Of a stretch of 64,000 nt of DNA, positions 37,850 through 50,200 are shown piece by piece (positions within the stretch are counted from its first letter, which is position 1; each line of letters begins with the position of its first letter). The notes under the pieces were generated by a model. That model did no database searches, was not told the origin of the DNA, and saw only the letters and a program-made list of their open reading frames with translations. The position numbers and the translations under genes are program-made. The DNA lies in IMG/VR virus record IMGVR_UViG_3300031992_000020; one strand, 5' to 3'. This DNA is from a virus (Duplodnaviria; Heunggongvirae; Uroviricota; Caudoviricetes).

Positions 37850-40182
37850 GTAATCGTGATCCTTTGCTTGATAAAGATTTTCTTAAACAACTTGATGAAT
37901 ATCATATAAGAGAAGTATATGCTAAATTAATTTCTTTGAGTGACGATGAGCAGCCAGTGCGCGAAATCACTGGCTCAGTCACTTCTGGTTCCGTTAAAAT
38001 TGATAGTAAATCTAGTATGCGCCGCACATGCTCATTGCAGATTACTACATCTAAGGCTTATTCTATCACTGATGTAGATTGGGCTTTGCGCACGAAGTTT
38101 AAATTATAGATTGGATTAAAGAATTTTATTGATGATCGATATGATGACATTATATATTTTAAAATGGGTATTTATGTTATCACCGCATATAATGTATCAT
38201 TGACAGAACAAGGTTACGCAATTGCTTTATCTGGCAGTGATAAGATGTGTCTATTGAACGGTAATGTAAATGGGTCAGTTGCCGCAGAGACTAGTTTTAG
38301 TGAAGAATGGGATGCAATTCCTGGAACCAATAGGTATCAGAAAAAGAAAATCCCAATTAAGACAATTATTCGTGAAGCGGTTCATGAATATGCGGCTGAG
38401 CCTTATAGTAATATTGTTATTAATGATTTAGATACTTGTGGCGTTGAATTAATCTCATACCGTGCAAAGAATAATCCAATGTATGTTTATACTCGTAAAC
38501 AAGGGCAAGCCACTGTGTACAATCTTTGTTTTGAAGATAGTTTAGTCGGCCAGATATTTCAAAATGGGGTGGCCGCAGATGGTACCCCAGTCTTCCGCGA
38601 TGTTACAGTCACCGACATTGATGGTAACACAGAGCTGGTCCGCACATATCAAGGTGATGGATTAACTATTACGCATGGAGGATCTGACTATACAATCTTA
38701 AAACGCGCTGACTATGGTGAGACTATTGGATTTAAAGCTGTTGATTTAACTTATCCTTCTGACTTAGTTTGTAAAGTTGGAGAATCTATTACATCAATGC
38801 TTGATAAGATAGTAAAGATGCTTGGTGAGTTCGAATATTTTTATGACCTTGATGGGCATTTCGTATTTCAGCGCAAACATGCATATTTTGATACTCCATG
38901 GACTAATGCTGTTGTTACAACAGAAAGCAATGGATACAACGCAACAGAAGAGTATTATGATAGTACAATTTATTCTTCTGCTAATACTTATGTATTTGAA
39001 GGCGGTAAATTAATTACATCTTATCAAAATAAACCAAATATTTTAAGCATTAAAAATGATTATTCTATTTGGGGCGCAATGAAAGGTGTTAATGGTGACT
39101 TGCCAATTCATTTGCGTTGTGCTCTTGATATAAAACCTGAGTTATATTTTTCTAAACTTAATCAATGGAAATAGCATCATACTGCATGGTGTGAAGCTCA
39201 TGATATTAGTTTAGATGATATATCTCAAACGTTATATACTACTGATCAATATGATTGGCGTGAATTACTTTATCGCATGGCAAAAGATTGTTTTGAATTA
39301 CGGCGAATCGTAACAGACCTAGCCGCAGATCTTAATGATCCAACAAAGATTTAGTCTGCTGCAATACGTCAAGAAAATATTGATTATCTTACTGAATTAC
39401 AAAAATATTATAATGACCTATTGTCAAATGGATATTCTGCCTATTATACTGATCTGTTAGGCTTTTGGCCGCAGCTATATCGCACTTCCCGCAAGCCATA
39501 TATTAAATATAAATATGATGCAAATGGCAATCTTATTTATCTTTATGGTAGAGATAATCCGGAAGAAGATTTAACTAAAACGTTCACAGAAGCTGAATGG
39601 AGAGATTGGCAAAATAATGGATATTGGAATCCAGAACATTTTAGATATCGCCGCAAATCAGACGGCACTCATGAAGTAGAAATTTATAATCCTGATGGAT
39701 TGTATTTCTGGTTTGATTTTATTGATGCTGAAAAAACAGGTTTGCTTGATTATTCCGTGGCAAAGTTGGGTAGAAGACCAAAAGTTGTTAATGATAATAC
39801 CGTAAAATCTATATTTGTTAGAGAGACTCCAAATGTTCTTTTCATTGATCCAAATGAAGAAACTGTTCAATGGTCTGGTAATTTACATTATGCTCGAATG
39901 AATATACCGGTACAATATTCTAATTATTTAGTTAGAAGCGCGCAAGGCAAAAGCGCGAAAGAAGTTTTAGATTCTTTGATTTATCAAGGAACATTTTATA
40001 ATGAAACAATTACACTTTCAGCGATCCCAGTATATTATCTCGAACCTAATACACGCATTAAAGTGTATGATGAAATGACTGGCATTGACGGAGATTATTT
40101 AATTGATTCTATTTCTATCTCTCTTGCTCATGATGGATTATCTTCTATCACAGGCACGAAAGCGGAAACCAGAATTCTATAA
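37846..40182 (+). CDS. Baseplate hub/Tal-like protein, DUF5048-like (~778 aa; code 15)
   Basis: ORFs 37846, 38164 and 39421 share a frame and are joined by three TAGs. It contains ITGSVTSGSVKIDSKSSMRRTCSL and the terminal YYLEPNTRIKV...GDYLIDSISISL. Ends in TAA. Confidence 0.65.
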
Positions 40183-40194
40183 GGAGGAAAAGGT

Positions 40195-40509
40195 ATGGCG
40201 AAAAAGGTGTCACAAGTACGTTATTTCGGTGGCGGCAACGCTAATGGAAATACGAATGCAACGTAGCTTATGAATGGTAGCGCTTTTAAATATCCTATCG
40301 TCCAGCTTGGTGTGCAGGCTTTACCTGGCACTCGTTTGCTCATTAACAATAGTGAGACTCCATTAACGATAGGTGCTACTGGAATATATGAATTAAATAT
40401 AGATGGATTAGCTACTATTACATCTTTGATGTTTGCATCTGCTTCGGTAAAAAATTTACCAGCAACTGCAAGTATAATAGTTGACTATATCTATGATGAG
40501 GAGGGCTGA
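40195..40509 (+). CDS. Small baseplate-region protein (~104 aa; code 15)
   Basis: RBS AAGGAGG, ATG at 40195, one TAG, joins ORF 40270, ends in TGA. Confidence 0.65.
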
Positions 40510-40511
40510 TA

Positions 40512-43500
40512 ATGGGTTTTTATGGTAATATAAGTGGCTCAACTAAATCAGCCTTTACTTTTGATAGAGTATATGCAAATAGAACATTGATGGATCAGAG
40601 CCTTGATACCGGTGTTGATACAGTATTCTTAGGGCGCTATGTTCTCGTTGAATATGATGACGCTCCGGTATCAATCTGGATCGTTACAAGAGACAATGTG
40701 TCTATTGCATACACAGATTATGAATTAACCACACGTTTGGTGCCGATGGCTAATATTGTATACCGTGATGAAAATAGTGGCCAGACTACACATAGTACAG
40801 TTGATTTTTATGAATATGATATTGCACAGCGCAAATTGGTCAAAGTGCAAGGCAATAGTCCATATGGCGTAAACTATAATATTGACGTTCAGAAGTATGG
40901 TCGTGGTTATGATGGCACTGTTTGGCGCAAGATTTATGATACTACGCTAAACAAATATAGATATGTATTAATGGCAGAGTTAAATGCGGCAGTGCCTACA
41001 TTCCATTACACTGTTGATAATCCATTGGAGATATCAACTGCACCAAGTATTGACTCTTCTGATAGCACGAACTTAAACTATTATATCCATCAACGTGGAT
41101 ATATTATGGACAGATTTAAGACAGATTCTAATGGTGATGTTAGAATTGCTCAACCATCAGAAGCTTGGACTTATAATAGTGATGGCACTGAAAAAACCCA
41201 TACTTACAATATCGGGGAAGAAACAGTTGCTATTAAATTTAATAAAGCTGGTTTTTCACCTGCTAATCACCAAGTTGCTCTTGAAAGCAATAGTAATGAT
41301 GTGATTATGGGCACTAATATTATTGCATGGACACCAAGTAGTTCTGGTAGACATTATAATGTCAGCTTAGCTAACCCACAAGGTGTTGTAGCAAATGATA
41401 TTAGAAATTGGTCTATTGATTTGCCTGTTCTTGGTAATGTTGTACATAAGATGTATGATATTATTTATGGTTATAATGGCACGTCAAGAACGATTACTAA
41501 TTGGCAGAAAACTAATTTAGCTCAGAATGATAAAATGTATCGCATGGATACAATGGTTGGTGCCATCAATAGAGTGCGTGATGCTCTTGGATATAATGTA
41601 ATTACGCAATCATCTGCGCCAACTCAAATTAAAACTGCTGATGATACTAACTTATATTTAATTGGGCCAGATGTACAAACCAATGGCGGCATTGATAGTT
41701 ATTACTATTATGCTAAACAACCTGTATATGTTTCTGATACAATGGGTGATTATTACTATGATGCTGGAACATATCGTGTAGCTAATAAATTAACTGTCCC
41801 AGCCGATTAGTTATTAAAACTAGATCATTATGAATACAAACCTATTCGTTTAACGAATTTAGGAGTAACCATGTATGGTTTAGTTGTTTCTCTTAATCGT
41901 TTAATGGGTGTTGGTGTAACTCCTGGAACACTTCGTGATACAGAAACTATCCCAGGTATGATGGGTAGAATTTCTGATATTTTTGAGCGCATTGACACTG
42001 CGTTATTACCTAATAGAATTATTGCGACTAATAGTAGAGGTATCATTGGTACTATTGGTTCATTAACTGATGAAGTTGGTTTGTTCCCATACGTGCCGGC
42101 AGGCGTTACTGCTGATAGCGCAAATGACAATGGCGATGATTATGTGATGAGCGGTAAAGGTAATTGGAGATTACCTGCTAATTACTTATTAACTGGCTTA
42201 ACTCCAAATGCCACTTACAACGATAAGATTCGTCATGCAGTTGCAGTAACTGATACTTTAAATCAAGCGATTGGTAAGATAGCAAGAGAGTTTGCTGATG
42301 TATATGGAGACCGTGCCGCATCCACTCTTTCTGCTCTTATAAAGAACGCTAATACTCCATAGACTGAGAACTATGAAACTGTTACAGGTATTGATACTTT
42401 TGATAAAGTTGCTACTATCTTTAACAATCGCACAGAATCTGTTGATGAGCGCATTAAAGATCTTCGGATGTTTAGATATTTCGCTATTGCAAATGGTGAA
42501 GCTGATGCGGCAACTGCAAAAGCAAATATTACCGCAGCTATTGGTATTGCAGATTCTGACAATAATGCAGACACTTTCTATTTTAAAACTGGTAATAAAT
42601 GGATTCGTTTGGCCATTGATACAACAACTGATAAGTTAACTATCGCGCACGTGCTTTCCGCAGATACTGCGGGAGAAATTGCATCAAGTGCTACCGGGTG
42701 GGGCAGTGGAACAAATGCTGACAATGCAATTGTAATTCCTAAATTTACAATTGATGAAGCTGGTCATGTTGTTGGTCATGGATCTAATACTTATTATTTG
42801 CCGCATAGCTTTAAGTATGTTTCCGTGGCGGCTCAGTCCTTAGCTGTTGATAACAGTACAGGTAATATAGAAACAATTAAGGCCGATTCCTCAGCCGATA
42901 CTCTTACCTTTGCAACAGCTAACAAATGGTTGACAATTGCCGCATCTGACGTAAGCAATGCTGATAAAGTTACATTAGGGCATATAACAGCCTGGGCTGC
43001 GCATCAGGAAATTGCCCCAACGGCACAAGCTGGCTGGACAAGAGTAAGTGAGAACAAGATTACTCTTCCTACTTTTGATTTTGATGAAGCAGGCCATTTA
43101 GTTGGTCATAATACACAAGATTTCTATTTGCCGCACTCATTTAAAGCATTTAGCGTATTAGCTCAGAATACAGGATCTACGGCAAGCACTGGTAATACAA
43201 ATACAGTTACTGCTGATAACTCTTCTGATACTTTACGTTTTAGCACCGATAATAAATGGGTTACTATACGTGCAATAGAATCTGGTGAAGATGACACTAT
43301 TTATTTCGGCCATGCTTATGATGGCACAGCTGGTAATCAATCTTTTGGTTTACAATATAGTAAGAAAGTTGCTCCAACAGAAACAGAACTTACGAATCAC
43401 GATTATGTAAATCTTGATTCTACTAATCAATTTGAGATTCCTTATTTCACAGTTGATCAGACTGGTCATATTATTAGTGCATCTACGCAGCATGTAATTA

Positions 43501-44930
43501 TTCCAGAAAACTTTGTTTCTATTGCTACCGCGAATGCGGCGAGTGCAGTAAATCCAGTTGAAGGTAATACTGATTCGCATAGTGCAAGTAGTCTTGTTGA
43601 TGCTTTAACATTAAAAGGATCTAATAAATGGATTATCGCTGCGGCCACGACAGATGACAATAAGAAAGTTATTAATTTCAGTCATAAGTTGAATGGCACT
43701 CTTGGCGCATAGACTGACATTGGAAATAATACAACAGTTAATATGACCTTTAATGGCACTTTCATTGTTCCTTATTTATCAATAGATGAAGCAGGTCATG
43801 TCACAGGATTATCTTCTAAGACAATTACTTTACCACAGAATTCAATTTCTGGTAATAAAACTTCTGATAACAATGATAGTAATGTATTAACTGATTTGAC
43901 ATTAGTTCAAACAAGTGGAGCATTCACTCGCACTTATGCTAATGTTGGGTCTTTAAAGTTGACAGGCTTTGTAGCAAATACCGCTGGAAGTGCGGCGCTC
44001 GCTGTTTCTGATACAATTAATGGCGCTTTCGCAAAACTTGAAGCTAGAATTGCTTATGAAGAAAGCAATCGCGCCTCAGCAATCAGCACAGAAGTAACTA
44101 ATAGAAATACTGCAATTTCTAACGCTATCGGCACTTTAACTGTTGATAGTAACCAAACAGCAAATGTTCAGAATGCTATTGCAAAAGCATTAGCTACTGC
44201 AAAAGAATATACAGATACTGAACTTGGCAAGTTGAATAGCAATTATAGCACTTCTCCTTACTTGGCTGCAACCCGTGCCGCGATTAAAGCTGTTGATGAT
44301 AAATTTGGTACTTTGGTTGTTGGATCTGGTGAAACTGCTACTGTTGCTAATGCTATTGCAAAGGCCGCAAGCGATGCATCACAAGCATTAAGTAATAAGA
44401 TTGGTACATTGTCTGTTGGACAAGGACAAACTTCTACTGTTGAAAATGCTATTGCATTAGTGAATAATAAATTTGCTAATTATAAAACTACTGCTGAATT
44501 AACAACTATTCTTAATGATTATGTAAAGCAATCTGCTTTAACTACTACTTTAAATAGTTATGTAACTCAAAGCGGCTTAACAACAACATTGGCTGACTAT
44601 GTACAATCTTCTGTATTAGATGATTACGTAGCTACTGATGATGTTGAAAGTGCAATTAATGATGTGATTCGTGCTAATTATGATTTAAGTCTTAAAGCAC
44701 CTGTGATTGTAAACTTTACCGCAGATGCTACAAATGGTCTTGAAGTTGAAATTGAACCAATTGCTGGTACAATTACTTATCAATGGATGAAAGATGACCA
44801 GATCTTTGATGCTGGTACTAGCAATACACACGCAGGATCACTTGCCGCAGGTGACTATAAAGTTGCAATCAAGAGAGAATATAATGGTTTAGAAATAACT
44901 ACAACAAGCGAAGTCGTTACTATTGCTTAA
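40512..44930 (+). CDS. Long tail fibre (~1,472 aa; code 15)
   Basis: ORFs 40512, 41871, 42468 and 43743 share a frame and are joined by three TAGs. It has repeated PxFxxDxxGH and DTLxFxTxNKW units, a coiled-coil segment and an Ig-like end. Ends in TAA. Confidence 0.75.
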
Positions 44931-44936
44931 TCTTTT

Positions 44937-44970
44937 TCGGCCCGAGTCTTTTGACTTGGGCCGATATTAT
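44937..44970 (+). terminator. Strong hairpin, probable terminator
   Basis: tcggcccgagtc-tttt-gacttgggccga directly after the fibre gene stop. Confidence 0.6.
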
Positions 44971-45037
44971 TAATTTATACGGATTTTTTTTTAAATATTG
45001 AAGATAGAGAAATACTGTTAGAAAGAGGTTGAGAAGC

Positions 45038-46003
45038 ATGGCTACTAGTAACAAGGTAATCTTCAAGTTTGGTACCAGAGCTAAATATAATGCATTGGCT
45101 AACAAGCTTGATAATGCTCTATACTTTTTAACAGATACTGGTGAGTTATATCGTGGCACAGTGCCATTCGGACAAGCAAGAGTGTTTTAGGGATTAAAAT
45201 ATAATTCTGAAACAGAAGCGGCAGCTATTGCCCGCATTATTGGTTCATCTCCTCTTGCTTACAATGATTTATTAATTATGCGTAATAATGACGACACAAT
45301 GAATCTCTATATATACACTACGACCGGTTGGATTAAACTAACGTAGAGTACAGTTCCTGTGTCGCGCATAGATGCATTAGATAATAGAGTGACCGGGCTG
45401 AATGGACGAGTTGATACATTAGAGACTACCGTTGCAGATCTTAATAGTCGCATCAATGCATTAAATAGCGCATTGCATTTTGTGGATAGAGTGAATGATT
45501 TATCAGAAGTTCTTAATCCAGAAAATGGTGGAATTTACCAAGTTGGTAATAAAGAATATGCATGGAATGGTACTGAATTTGTTGAGCTTGGTGACTTGAT
45601 TGATATAAGTAATCTTGCTACAAAAATTGAGTTGAATGAGGCGATAGCTGATCTTGAAGCTCTAATCGGAAAGCCAGAACATGATGAAGTAGAGCCTACA
45701 ACGGGAGAGACTATACACCATCCAGCATCTGGATTATATGCTGAAATATTCAACTATCAGCAAGAGATTCCGGAATTTGACGGTGTCATTGCTGGTCTTG
45801 TACCAGTGCTTACTGGTAATTATACGCCAGAGCAAAAAGAATCTATGTTCTTGAATGCTCTTGGAGAATGGGTTCAAGTCACAAGCGAAGGTGGCGTTAC
45901 TTATTATGTCGCTACTGATGGTTAGAGATTTACATCTCTTACTGATTATGTAGAACACATGATAGAAATTACTCCTCATAAATGGATTGAATTCGATACT
46001 TAA
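45038..46003 (+). CDS. Tail appendage protein with Mtd_N-like N-terminus (~321 aa; code 15)
   Basis: ATG at 45038, three TAGs, N-terminus VIFKFGTRAKYNAL...LYFLTDTGELYRG, a coiled coil, and TAA at 46001-46003. Confidence 0.65.
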
Positions 46004-46026
46004 ACTGATAAAAGGAGGTAAATATA

Positions 46027-47229
46027 ATGCCTAATGCTGATATTATTATGAAGCGTGGTCAATTAGCTAATTTAAGTATGCAGCCTATTAAAGATGGCAC
46101 CATATATGTTACTACTGATGAAGGCGCGATGTATGTAGACGTGGGCAACTCCCGTATCCGTTTAGGCGACTTCGTTCCAGTAGATACATTAACAGCGTTA
46201 CAGAATATTACTGATGTTTCTGAAAAAGCAATGTATTACGTTAAAGAAGGTAATATTCTTGCACGTTGGGATGCAGATACCGCAAATGGTGGAGCTAATC
46301 CGCATTGGATCCAAATTAATAAAGCCGGTATTGTCAATGTCCGCATTGATGGTGCTGGTAATGCTATTAGTGATATTACAACCACTACTGATGAATATGG
46401 TCGTTTAACATTAGTTGTTACTAAGACCAATATTACAGGTGGTGGCGGCACAGGTGTGCCCGACAGCGTATATCAAGATATTGATGATTTAAAACAAGCT
46501 GTTAGAACCCTAAATGGTAGCGCTTCAACAATCGGGTCAGTTGCAAAAGCAGTAGCTGACGCAAAAGCCGCATTGTTAGGTAACCCTACTACTTATACCA
46601 CTATTGAAGCATTAGAAACTGCTCTTGCTGGTGTAAAAACCACAGCTGAGGCCGCGGATGCGTTAAGCAAATCAAACAAATCTGCTTTGGATGCTTTAAC
46701 AATTACAGCGAACACCAATGCCGATGATATTACTTCTTTGAAAAGTACCATTGGTTCAAGTGATAGCGCTGGTTTGCGCAAACGCATTAAAGATCTTGAA
46801 GATGCTCTTGCTGTTTTAAATGATAGTGATCCTACTACTGATGGTAGTATTAAACATGCAGTTGCCGAAGGTGTTGCTTCTATTGTCGCAAATGCTGATG
46901 CTAGATATGATACCTTAAAAGAAATTGCTGATTGGATCATTAATGATACAACAGGCTCTGCCGCACTCTCCAATGCGGTATAGCAAGCTACCTCAGATAT
47001 TACAGCTTTGCAAGGTCGTATGACCACAGCTGAAAATAAATTAACTGGTCTTATGGCTGATGCTAATACAGAAGGCTCTATTGATTATAAAATTGCCGCA
47101 GAAGCATCAGCTCGTGCAACAGAAGATACTCGTTTGGCAGGATTGATTTCCGAAAATAGTGATGCAATTAATCAAGCCAATACAGATATTACATCAATTA
47201 AAAATACCTTGACTTGGAGAGAATTTTAA
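46027..47229 (+). CDS. Coiled-coil tail fibre/whisker protein (~400 aa; code 15)
   Basis: RBS AGGAGG. ORFs 46027 and 47008 are joined by one TAG. N-terminus IMKRGQL...GTIYVTTDEGAMYVD, followed by heptad-rich sequence. Ends in TAA. Confidence 0.7.
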
Positions 47230-47258
47230 TAGGGAGCGTTCATACGCTCCCTTATTTT
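47230..47258 (+). terminator. Rho-independent terminator
   Basis: agggagcgt-tcat-acgctccct followed by tatttt. Confidence 0.65.
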
Positions 47259-47281
47259 AAGAGAAGGAGGAGTTTAAAAAT

Positions 47282-50200
47282 ATGGCTGACGATAAAGTAA
47301 TGGTTTATGAAGGCCAAGAACGTACATTTACGCAAAACCAATCTCCACTTCAAATCTTTAAGGGCCCAGAAGCAAAAATTGAAGAGCTCGGTATCCAAGA
47401 TGGATGCTTATACTTCGCTACTGATAGTAAAAAAATCTATCTTGATTGTGATTTTACCGATTCTCTTGGTACGACTTTGAAAGATCGTATTGCTTTTGGC
47501 GGATCTACTGGCATTTGGTATGCCACAAAAGTATTCACAGAAGCCGAAATTGATATTGCTCAATTTACTTTTACCCAAGATGACTTTGACAATATCAGCG
47601 AAGTTCCTATGGTTGATGACTTGATCCTTAATGAAGGCGATGGTAGCTTCTACCGCATCACCGCAGTAACTGATTATAGCACATAGTTCCAAAAAGAATT
47701 TGATATTGATGCTGATCGTCTTACTGTATCTGGCTCCGGTGGCGGAGGCGGCGGTGGTGGAGGTGGCAGTACCACAGGCGCAGTCGTTAAGATTGTAGGT
47801 GGTCGTACTAAGTATTGGGCAAGAGAAGCAACTTCAATGCCTATTACATTTACGATGACTCTTGAAGATGCCGAAGAAACAATTGGTTATCGTTTATATA
47901 TCGGCAAAGGTAGTACAGTTGTTCGTGCGCAAGTGTCAGGCTTGCCGCAATCAAATGAAACTCAACCAACAACCATTAACATTGCAGACTTTAAAGATTT
48001 CATTGATCCTAACATGCCAACTGAAATTAGTATTATGCCTTTTGGTGATGATGGTACAGAAGTCACAAGATCTTTGAAATGGTCTGTTACATTGTTTAAT
48101 ATCTCTATTGCTCCATATACAGATGTTATTGGCGCGAGAGTTGGCGAGTTTGATAATTACACTGTTATTCCTACCTTTGGTACTGAATTACAGAATGTAA
48201 TTTTAAATTGGAAAATTACAGATAACCGTGGTAATGAAATTGCTTTCGGGCAACGTGAATTGACTGCGGTAAATACTGGACGTCAAGTTAGCTTGAATGT
48301 TGGTGAACAAACACCAGGTACATATCATATTATTACTTGGTTGCAAGCTGATATTCCTGGTTCAAGCGGGCAACGTATCATCAGTTCTGAGTTAGATCAG
48401 ATTTGCTCTTGGGTATCTTCCGCGCAAGATGTTCCTGTTTTGTCTGTAACATTCCCACCTGTAACTTAGCAATTCCAACAGTATGATGTAATTACAGTTC
48501 CTTATACTGTTTATTATAGAGAAGCAACAATTAGTGTTACAGAATATGTAATTTATACTAATGCTTCTGGTGAAACTACAACCACAGAGATTGACTCTAA
48601 GGTTATTAGCACAGGCGTTGCAGCTGACCCATTAACATACAGCTTCTAGAACACTGGTACTTATCGTTTCCGTATTATGGTTGGTGATAACGCAACTAGC
48701 GATACTTCTAGTGAGTATGTCATTGAAGGTGTGAGCGGTGACGTTCCTACTTTGCAACGCGATGGTTTAGTTCTTTATATGAATCCTACCAAAACCAATA
48801 ACTCTTCCACAAGAGATGTTTGGGAAAATGAAGGTAGCGCTACTTATGTAAAGAATGGTGAAACAATTCCTGTTGATGTAACTTTTGAAAATATAAACTG
48901 GGTATCAAATGGTTGGGGCCGTGATGATGAAGGCGTTACTATGTTCCATTTGGACAATGGTGCTAAATTAACAGTTAATGGATATAGCCCATTCGCCGGT
49001 GATGGCGCGCAAAAGACTGGCCGCACTATTGAATTAGATATTAAAATTTCTAACATTAAAGATCGTTCTAAAAGATTATTTACTTGTGTTTCTGAAAATA
49101 GCGATAGCCATACAATCAATACAGGTATTGTAGCCAATGGTGACTTTATTGCTTTGAATGGTTCCGCGCACTCTCCTACCCATACTTGGGAATCTGGCGA
49201 TGGCACAATCGACGATGTTTCTGGCAAGAGAGTAAAACAGTTGGCAGATAATGAAACTGGTTTGGTTGCTTGGTATTGCGAAGGTGAACGTGTTCATGTA
49301 ACATTCGTTATCACTCTTGAAGGAACCGGTGTTATTGGCACTATGCCAAAAGGCTTTGTTTACACTTATATTAACGGTGTTATTTCTGGTCTTGTGCCGC
49401 AAAGCTCTGGTGAAACATTTAAAGATGGCGCTTCTATTTCTCTTGCATCAAGATTTATTTTTGATTCAACATATGCTGATATTGATATTTATGGTATCCG
49501 CGTATATGAGACTGCTCTTGATGATCAGTCTGTATTAGTCAACTATCTTGCCACATATGGCAATACTCTTGATGCTATTGATCTTTATAGAGATAATCAA
49601 TTACTTGACCCAACCACAGGCCGTGTGTCTTTGGCGAAAGTTAAAGCATATGGTAAGATTCCTTATTTAGTGCTTCGTGGTGGACGTCAATGCGATAAGA
49701 ACTTAACTAAATTTGAAGGTTATGGTTCTGAAAAAGAAGTAGATTTGCCAAGCGGTCAAAACGCTGATTCAGATGGTCATGATAATGGTAAAAAAGACTT
49801 CCGTTTCATGGAAGGCTATCTCGTAAATCCTCTTACCGGTTATAACATTGGTAGTGAAGATAACCGTGTCCTTTTAACAGTATATGATCAAGGTACTTCT
49901 TCTTTGCAATATCCTGTTAAAAATTTACGTATTAAGTTCTGGAATAAAAATACTAGCGTAAATAATTACACTCCTAAATATGGCGATGATGGTAAAGCTA
50001 AAAAGAGTAAAGTTAAAGTTTATGCTAACCAACCTGCTGAGGCTTCTGTATATACGCTTAAAGCTGACTATATGGATAGTTCAAGTGCGCATAACACCGG
50101 TACTGGTAATGCATTACCTGAGTTATATGGCACGCATAAGACTTTGGCACAAAGAATTAATGATAAGACATTAACCGCGATCAATGGTTATCCAATCGTT

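Noticed and set aside
47730-47770. GGN-rich simple repeats (also ~23285-23315 and ~25690-25805)
   Set aside because: They are in-frame poly-Gly linkers with mixed synonymous codons, not phase-variable tracts or non-coding repeats.
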